Program-made: the position numbers and the translations under genes
DNA from: an archaeon
GTDB taxonomy: Archaea > Asgardarchaeota > Thorarchaeia > Thorarchaeales > Thorarchaeaceae
DNA: 5,086 nt
Assembly (NCBI GenBank): GCA_024275415.1
Contig: JAJRZD010000101.1
Span: forward strand, 1 to 5,086
Reading direction: 5' to 3'
In this document: piece by piece, positions 1 through 5,086 of the stretch
How positions within the stretch are numbered: the stretch's first letter is position 1
Layout: every line of letters begins with the position of its first letter
Notes under the pieces: generated by a model
Seen by the model: only the letters and a program-made list of their open reading frames with translations
Databases searched by the model: none
What the model was told of the DNA's origin: nothing

Positions 1-1
1 C

Positions 2-1549
2 AACAATTGATGTAATGATTACGATTGCTTGGAATGCCATTAGAGGGTAGTAGTCTGCTGTAACATATCCTGTGTGAAGCTCTCTGGCTGTATTGAAGAA
101 TAGCATCATTACGGCCAACATTTCTGTTCCTACAATAAGAATAAGATTGGTCGTTGATACTTCGCTCTGATGAAGTCGATAATACGCAATGGGAAGAAGC
201 AGAGCGAATACACCAAGATATGCTATGAATGAAGGGACTGCTCGTAAGAAGTTCGTACGGGGGATTAGAATGATTACTGCTTTCGTATAATCCCTAACAA
301 GATATAGACCAATAACTGATCCTGCTGCTATTATCTTTGTCAACAGAAGTATGTGCTTCTTCTCATGGATCGACATGACCTTTCGAACTATCAACAATAG
401 CACGACTAGAATGAACGGGGCAAGAAGCATTAGCCCGATACCAAGATGATAGAATGGTAACACCAAGAGAATCACAATCGGAATCGCGTAATTTTCTAGC
501 CTTTCGGTTCTCGTCACTAACATCCCCAGAAGAAAAAGAAATGCAAGTACCGCTGGAAGATGATGGAATGCCAAGAACAGAGAGTCTGTACCCAGGGATG
601 ATACGCTCACGAAAGCGTCAGTTCCATCAATCAATGTTCGTGGAAATGGAATCCCTTGGTACTGCATCCAAGGATATACACCTATAACCCATACGATCCC
701 TGCCACATCGGTTCCGAAGGCAAAACCCAGTCCTCCTACGATCAATAACCATGTGGGGACTCTATAGGGGAGTCTTCTTGCAAACCAAAAGAATGTTAGA
801 ATTATATATCCTCTAAAGAGAGTATTTACAAATACTAGAAATACATCTCCCATGTTTCCCATGTGAGTCAGTGCCATTAGAATTCCCGAGAACGAAAAGC
901 CTAGAGTCATCATTACAGGATTATCATTAATTGTAGCACCAACCTCCAAGAGGTCTGGTATGAGCCAATTTCCATGTGACATCGACTGAATGATTGAGAT
1001 GTGTAATGCCACGTCCTTGATGAAGAATACAGTATCATCAAATGAAAAATACGTGACCTTGATATACAGCAACAGCCCAAACACTGTGGATATTACCACT
1101 AGGGCAAGTAGCACCTTCCACTCAAGTCTTGTGTTGCTGTTGTATTCCTCACCTGATGATCCTGTTGTAACATCATCGTGTTCGAATCGCAGACTATGAA
1201 ATATCGTGAGGGTCACACATCCAACGACCACAACAATCCAATAGTCTGTCGTTCCAAAGAGCATTGGAAGGATAAACCCAAGAGGTGCTAGTGTGACCAA
1301 TGACATCCCAAAGGACTCGACCAAGAAATCAAGTATGCGCAAAGACGTTTCGTTTGTAGGGTGGGATCTGGATATTAGTAGCGACCGTAAAAGAGATCCC
1401 CACAGGAGCAAAAGCCCCATTCCCCCAATGATATTGAGCGGGAACACGAAAAGGGATAGAACGGAGAAACAGAAAATGAGCGTCAAATGTCCTAATAACC
1501 TACCCTCTTTTCGCTCCTGAAAGAAACGAAGAGTTGGGATTAATGACAT
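2..1549 (-). CDS. Large polytopic membrane protein, 3'-truncated (>516 aa), GT-C-fold-like; putative extracytoplasmic lipid-linked-sugar glycosyltransferase, polymerase or ligase
   Basis: Manual translation shows an open frame from ATG at 1549 to the left edge with no stop. An alternative TTG start lies at 1567 and the upstream in-frame stop at 1580-1582. It reads MSLIPTLRFFQERKEGRLLGHLTLIFCFSVLSLFVFPLNIIGGMGLLLLWGSLL...LEWKVLLALVVISTVFGLLLYIKVTYFSFDDTVFFIKDVALHISIIQSMSHGNWLIPD...LFRGYIILTFFWFARRLP...AFHHLPAVLAFLFLLGML...PIVILLVLPFYHLGIGLMLL...TADYYPLMAFQAIVIITSIV. About 12-14 hydrophobic segments by eye. A post-TM loop with DD and DxxxH acidic motifs, an 'F.FARRL' helix end and a later 'FYH' motif resemble GT-C proteins. 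The CDS is well supported; the function is inference. Confidence 0.85.
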   Translation of the reverse strand, partial: MSLIPTLRFFQERKEGRLLGHLTLIFCFSVLSLFVFPLNIIGGMGLLLLWGSLLRSLLISRSHPTNETSLRILDFLVESFGMSLVTLAPLGFILPMLFGTTDYWIVVVVGCVTLTIFHSLRFEHDDVTTGSSGEEYNSNTRLEWKVLLALVVISTVFGLLLYIKVTYFSFDDTVFFIKDVALHISIIQSMSHGNWLIPDLLEVGATINDNPVMMTLGFSFSGILMALTHMGNMGDVFLVFVNTLFRGYIILTFFWFARRLPYRVPTWLLIVGGLGFAFGTDVAGIVWVIGVYPWMQYQGIPFPRTLIDGTDAFVSVSSLGTDSLFLAFHHLPAVLAFLFLLGMLVTRTERLENYAIPIVILLVLPFYHLGIGLMLLAPFILVVLLLIVRKVMSIHEKKHILLLTKIIAAGSVIGLYLVRDYTKAVIILIPRTNFLRAVPSFIAYLGVFALLLPIAYYRLHQSEVSTTNLILIVGTEMLAVMMLFFNTARELHTGYVTADYYPLMAFQAIVIITSIV

Positions 1550-1618
1550 ACTTGTTCTTCCATTCAAGACACTATGCCTCTATCTAGTCGGTTCCTTGTT
1601 CTGAATGCAACATATTCC

Positions 1619-1624
1619 ATATAA
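1619..1624 (-). promoter_or_regulatory. Possible internal TATA box (TTATAT) for the membrane-protein gene
   Basis: The minus strand reads GAGAAGCA-TTATAT just after the GT stop and about 70 nt upstream of ATG 1549, in the only long (82-nt) gap among the minus-strand genes. Confidence 0.25.
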
Positions 1625-1631
1625 TGCTTCT

Positions 1632-2822
1632 CTACTTCCTGATACCTGTTTTCTTGTTTATTGTCGATGCAAAGAGATAATCAAATACTGCATCCCAGCT
1701 GTATCTCTCCTCCATATAGCTTCGTGTTTTCTCCGCAGATTGAACAAGCACCTCATACCGCCTTGAGAGGGTCAATATTGCTTCAACAACAGATGATACT
1801 GAAGGCTGGCATAAGACGCCAAAACGCGTATCATTGTATATCTGCCGTGAATTAGGGATGTCTGTACCTATGAATGGGATTCCCGCCGCAAGGTATTCCT
1901 TGATCTTGATCGGATCCGCCTCATCCGCAGGAGACCCCGGTATCCCAATCGCAAATCCAGCGTGAGCTCCCTGAAAATATCTAGGGAGTTCTGAATGGTC
2001 TACAGCTCCGATGAATTCGACAGAGTCGCAAATATCGAGTTTCTTTGCATAATTCTCTAATCTACTCATAAAAGGCCCACCCCCTACAACTCTGAGTGTC
2101 ACTTCTTTCACACCACTAACCTCCTTTACTGCCTGAAGGATAATGTCCAATCCCCAGATGCTCGGATCCAAGCTCCCTGAATATAATAGCACAAGTGTGT
2201 CAATCTCTTTTTTCTTGTTTGCTTCGTAGGCTTCATCGAACATCTGCACATTTGCACCATTGGGGACAACTATCACATTTCGTGCTCCTTGTTTCTTTCG
2301 AATCTGACCCAATTGATTGGAAACCGAAGATACGTAATCTGCACTGCGGATAATGATTTTCTCTACCTGACCTACTACCCTCCTCACATGGTGCTTTTGT
2401 ATGAAATTGGGGTAGTAGTCCATGTCATCATATATCGAAATCCCAATTCTTCCAATCTGTCTGCCTATTGCAGCCAAAAGTCCACCTTGCATCATACTGG
2501 ATATAGAAACATCATATGTTTCTCTAATCATGGATTTTATTCCTGAGATTGTTGAAGCACCCTTTAGTAGAGTCTTACCCCGCGCATTCTCACCAACACT
2601 AACCCCGAAATACTGGACATCAAACTCCGCTGGAAATGTGTCGTCAAAATCCCATTCTGAACCCTCATTTGGTCGTTCGACCAATAGGGTCATATCATAC
2701 TCCTTTAGCCACGAATCCTGTTGTGCCGTTCTAGAGAGATAATCCAGAAGTGCTTGAACCCGAGAGAAATGTCCTTTCTTGAATGCTCCGGATCCTGTAA
2801 TCACTGCCAGTCTTTTTCTCAT
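1632..2822 (-). CDS. Glycosyltransferase family 4 (GT-B fold), TuaH/WbuB-like subgroup, 396 aa
   Basis: Contains VIVVPNGAN, LLYSGSL...GLDIILQAV, LRVVGGGP, VEFIGAVDHSELPRYF and E-ADPIKIK-E-YLAAGIPFIGTD (EX7E at 1896-1922, PxK..EY variant), plus C-terminal RYSWD. The YDDMDY motif resembles the YDxxD of TuaH-like GT4s. A purine-rich RBS lies 7 nt upstream, and the gene starts 12 nt after the stop of the upstream GT. Confidence 0.93.
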   Translation of the reverse strand: MRKRLAVITGSGAFKKGHFSRVQALLDYLSRTAQQDSWLKEYDMTLLVERPNEGSEWDFDDTFPAEFDVQYFGVSVGENARGKTLLKGASTISGIKSMIRETYDVSISSMMQGGLLAAIGRQIGRIGISIYDDMDYYPNFIQKHHVRRVVGQVEKIIIRSADYVSSVSNQLGQIRKKQGARNVIVVPNGANVQMFDEAYEANKKKEIDTLVLLYSGSLDPSIWGLDIILQAVKEVSGVKEVTLRVVGGGPFMSRLENYAKKLDICDSVEFIGAVDHSELPRYFQGAHAGFAIGIPGSPADEADPIKIKEYLAAGIPFIGTDIPNSRQIYNDTRFGVLCQPSVSSVVEAILTLSRRYEVLVQSAEKTRSYMEERYSWDAVFDYLFASTINKKTGIRK

Positions 2823-2829
2823 TGGAAGT

Positions 2830-2836
2830 TCCCCCT
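2830..2836 (-). promoter_or_regulatory. Shine-Dalgarno-like RBS (AGGGGGA) overlapping the stop codon of the upstream GT, suggesting translational coupling
   Basis: The minus strand reads TAG-GGGGAACTTCCA-ATG, with a 7-nt spacer to ATG 2822. Confidence 0.55.
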
Positions 2837-4058
2837 ATCTCCTATATATCTCAAGAGTCTTCCTGTAGTATTCCAACGTTCTTCTTGCCGCCAATCTCCA
2901 TGATTCTTTCTTAGCATATTCAACTTGCCGAGCACAGATTTTTCCGGTTTCAGCGGTGTTCGTCAGCGTTTGAACTATCTTTTCAGCCAAGTCCCGTGAA
3001 TTGCCAGCCTTGAACAGAATCAAGTTTCCTCCGATAGATTCTTTCATGTGCAATCCAACATCTGATGCAATTATCGGAACTCCATACCCAGCCGAGTTGT
3101 GGATTGGCCCACTCGCTCCCACACTTTCAGTATATGGTGCAAGGATTATGGAAGATGCACCAAAATAGAGGGGGACATCCTCATCCGGAATGTATTCTGT
3201 TTCGAATTTTACGCTCTCATCGAGAGAACCGTTGTGACAGTATTCCTTTAGATAATCGAGATATTTTTCACCGTCTTTGTCCTTTGGTCTTCCTGCTACT
3301 AATAGCATTGCATCAGGAACTATATCTTTGACAATCTGCATTGCTTCCAGTGCCTTTTCAATCCCCTTCTCTCTTCTAATGAATCCGAAAACCAGCACGA
3401 CCTTCTTTCCCACAAGGTGTAATCTTTTCAGGGCATCGCTTCTTTTGGGAGTGGAAACGGGATATATGCAAGGGTGCGGAATCTCAAAGACCTTGTCCTC
3501 TGCAACCTTGTATTCTTTCAAAAATCGATTTCTCAACAACGAATCCATTTTTGCTGTGCTCAGTTGGATGGAAGTCGAACCACTTGCCAGCAAACGATTG
3601 TATAAACGGAACAATCCTGGTGCTAACACTGCCAATCCATCTAACCCATGATACTCTCTGATTCTTTTTTCGACCTGACATGGCATCCATGTGCTATGGA
3701 GTGTGGTTGTAGTCGGGATTCCAGAGATGCGAAGGAGCAAAAGGAGTAACAGCATATGTTCTCCGAATCGTCCACCATACATCTTTCCGTGTGGTCCGAA
3801 CTGGACATGTACAATATCCGCATTTATCCTTCGGATGTAGCGAAAGAGGGACAATGGATAGAGAGGGCTATTGTTTTTCCATGCACGATGTGTTTCCACA
3901 TTTGGAATCCTTTCTTCTAATGAATATGCATCTTCTTGAGTGATAGCGATGATCCTGACCTTTCCTGTACGAGCTAGGCTCTCAATTAGATTGTATGTAT
4001 ACGTAGACTCTCCGCTATTCTTTGGAGGGAGAGGTGAAATCATCGCTACTCTTAACAT
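2835..4058 (-). CDS. Glycosyltransferase family 4 (GT-B fold), mannosyltransferase-like (cd03822-type) subgroup, about 407 aa
   Basis: N-terminal MLRVAMISPLPPKNSGESTYTYNL matches the typical 'P.PP..sGia.Yt..L' pattern. Also ADIVHVQF, TTTLH, FEIPHP, VLVFGFIRREKGIE, LLVAGRP, YIPDEDVPLYFGASSIILAPY, ASG..GVPIIASDVG and SWRLAARRTLEYY. The ORF track starts at TTG 4112 (425 aa), but ATG at 4058 begins exactly at the first GT-B beta strand and is preferred. Confidence 0.93.
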   Translation of the reverse strand: MLRVAMISPLPPKNSGESTYTYNLIESLARTGKVRIIAITQEDAYSLEERIPNVETHRAWKNNSPLYPLSLFRYIRRINADIVHVQFGPHGKMYGGRFGEHMLLLLLLLRISGIPTTTTLHSTWMPCQVEKRIREYHGLDGLAVLAPGLFRLYNRLLASGSTSIQLSTAKMDSLLRNRFLKEYKVAEDKVFEIPHPCIYPVSTPKRSDALKRLHLVGKKVVLVFGFIRREKGIEKALEAMQIVKDIVPDAMLLVAGRPKDKDGEKYLDYLKEYCHNGSLDESVKFETEYIPDEDVPLYFGASSIILAPYTESVGASGPIHNSAGYGVPIIASDVGLHMKESIGGNLILFKAGNSRDLAEKIVQTLTNTAETGKICARQVEYAKKESWRLAARRTLEYYRKTLEIYRR

Positions 4059-4177
4059 AATGTTCAACTCTCTCAGCTGTTGTCCAAGCAAAAGGCTTTT
4101 CGGAATGCCCAATTAGTAACGGACTACTGAAAAAGGATCAGAGGCTTATCAGTCCTGCTGGTTAACGAGGTTCCCAT
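4059..4177. promoter_or_regulatory. Divergent promoter region between the GT4 operon and the flippase, with candidate archaeal BRE/TATA-like elements
   Basis: A 119-bp gap between head-to-head genes. Minus-strand CGAAAAGCCTTTT (4102..4090) ends about 32 nt upstream of ATG 4058. Plus-strand AGGCTTATC (4142-4150) ends 27 nt upstream of ATG 4178. These spacings fit archaeal TATA positioning with short leaders, but the match to consensus is loose. Confidence 0.45.
4167..4171 (+). promoter_or_regulatory. Shine-Dalgarno-like RBS (GAGGT) for the flippase
   Basis: GAGGT with a 6-nt spacer before ATG 4178. Confidence 0.6.
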
Positions 4178-5086
4178 ATGAGCAAACAACTCTCTCGTGC
4201 AGTGCATGGTACGATGATACTTTTTCTCCAAGCAGGAGTTAGTGGTGTTCTTCGTATTGTCAACCTATCCCTTCTAACTTGGTTACTTCTTCAATCTGAA
4301 ATGGGACAGGTCGCCATTCTTGGGATCATCTATGGTTTCCTCCAATTCTTGGGCGCATTCGGGCTAAACCATGCATCGCCATATGTTGTACCTGAACTTG
4401 AATCAGCAGGCCAGAACGAAAAGATCCGCAGCTATGTCCAGCGCTCTCTACTGGTGATCTCTCTGACCTCTGTTTTTCTTGTTTTCATTCTATTCTTGCT
4501 ATTCCCCTTGCTAACCAGTAATTATGGTTTTTCACAAAGCGTTCTGCATCTATTGCTATTCATTGGCCCCTTTTCAGCCATGGAGGTCTTCCTTGACTCT
4601 TTTCTGTTGGCAAGGTATGAGGTACTAAAGCTGGCATCCGGAAGACTTCTCTTTGATATTGTGCGTGTGTTCTTAACTATCACTCTTGTACTTGTTGGGT
4701 TTGGGATTCAAGGAGTTCTTGCCGGCTGGGTCATTGCCGAAGCAATGGCTGTTCTGATATTCGGATATGTTGTCCTCAACAGACTGCCCTCTCGCACTGA
4801 AGCCATTGATATGCGTCCCATCATCGCGTTTGCGTTGCCCAATCTACTATTCCAAACGATTGATGTAGCAATCCAGAATACGGATCGTCTTATTCTTGAA
4901 ACGCTTGTGGGGCTGGTTGCGCTTGGAGTCTATGATGTCTTTCTCCGGCTCCTTTTCATGTTTAGCATGGTTTCTCTGACCATTGCATCTTCTCTCTATC
5001 CGATCTTGACGCGGCTTCGAATCACAGATAGAGAGAACGACTCAGCGAGGCTGAGTGATGCCACCTTCCTGATCACTCGTTATATA
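4178..5086 (+). CDS. Wzx/RfbX-type oligosaccharide flippase (MOP/MATE-like superfamily, polysaccharide biosynthesis export protein), 3'-truncated, 303 aa visible
   Basis: Manual translation is open to the right edge: MSKQLSRAVHGTMILFLQAGVSGVLRIVNLSLLTWLLLQSEMGQVAILGIIYGFLQFLGAFGLNHASPYVVPE...GFGIQGVLAGWVIAE...DMRPIIAFALPNLLFQTIDVAIQNTDRLILETLVGLVALGVYDVFLRLLFMFSMVSLTIASSLYPILT. The 'F.LP...D.l.l...G...lG.Y...rl...l.P.l' second-half signature and 'G..Gvl.g' are typical of Wzx-like flippases. A GAGGT RBS lies 6 nt upstream. Confidence 0.92.
   Translation, partial: MSKQLSRAVHGTMILFLQAGVSGVLRIVNLSLLTWLLLQSEMGQVAILGIIYGFLQFLGAFGLNHASPYVVPELESAGQNEKIRSYVQRSLLVISLTSVFLVFILFLLFPLLTSNYGFSQSVLHLLLFIGPFSAMEVFLDSFLLARYEVLKLASGRLLFDIVRVFLTITLVLVGFGIQGVLAGWVIAEAMAVLIFGYVVLNRLPSRTEAIDMRPIIAFALPNLLFQTIDVAIQNTDRLILETLVGLVALGVYDVFLRLLFMFSMVSLTIASSLYPILTRLRITDRENDSARLSDATFLITRYI

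Noticed and set aside
630-700. Apparent in-frame TGA or frameshift in the membrane-protein gene on a first read
   Set aside because: A codon-by-codon recheck shows a continuous frame (GVYPWMQYQGIPFPRTLIDG). No pseudogene or recoding.
848-865. 9-bp tandem tcccatgtt/tcccatgtg
   Set aside because: It only two copies and encodes HMG-NMG within the CDS. Not a repeat array.
454-1520. Plus-strand ORFs 454-687, 990-1199 and 1293-1520 from the track
   Set aside because: They are antisense to the long membrane-protein frame, Ser/Arg-rich, and have no recognisable domain. Shadow ORFs.
1899-1928. Short repeats cttgat x2 and atccgc x2
   Set aside because: Explained by codons for D-A, K-I-K-I and neighbours in the GT4 motif.
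1661-2903. Plus-strand ORFs 1661-1855, 2289-2546, 2422-2742 and 2721-2903
   Set aside because: They are antisense to the GT4 genes with no motifs.
3065-3823. ORFs 3065-3331 (+), 3277-3651 (+), 3484-3690 (-) and 3641-3823 (-)
   Set aside because: They lie inside the GT4 gene, antisense or in alternative frames, with no family features.
4059-4112. 18-aa N-terminal extension of the GT from TTG 4112
   Set aside because: It is a non-ATG start with no RBS, overlaps the candidate promoter, and the GT-B fold begins at ATG 4058.
1-5086. CRISPR array, tRNA/rRNA, IS element or intrinsic terminator
   Set aside because: No spaced direct repeats, cloverleaf, terminal inverted repeats, transposase, or GC hairpin with U-tract were seen. 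Nearly all the window is coding.

Overview
This window is a glycan-biosynthesis and export cluster of four genes, probably archaeal (taxon is inference only). On the minus strand are two adjacent GT-B/GT4 glycosyltransferases (2835-4058 and 1632-2822), followed by a >516-aa polytopic membrane protein with GT-C-like architecture (<2-1549, runs off the left edge). On the plus strand, transcribed divergently, is a Wzx/RfbX-type MOP-superfamily flippase (4178->5086, runs off the right edge). Both membrane-protein genes are absent from the supplied ORF track because they are truncated by the window; I translated them by hand and found no in-frame stops. All small ORFs in the track lie inside these genes and look like shadows. 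I found no RNA genes, CRISPR arrays, mobile elements or long repeats. The locus type is broadly ordinary. The most interesting points are the uncharacterised GT-C-like protein, the GT4 + MOP flippase + GT-C combination, non-canonical motifs in both GT4s, and a palindromic element in the divergent promoter region.
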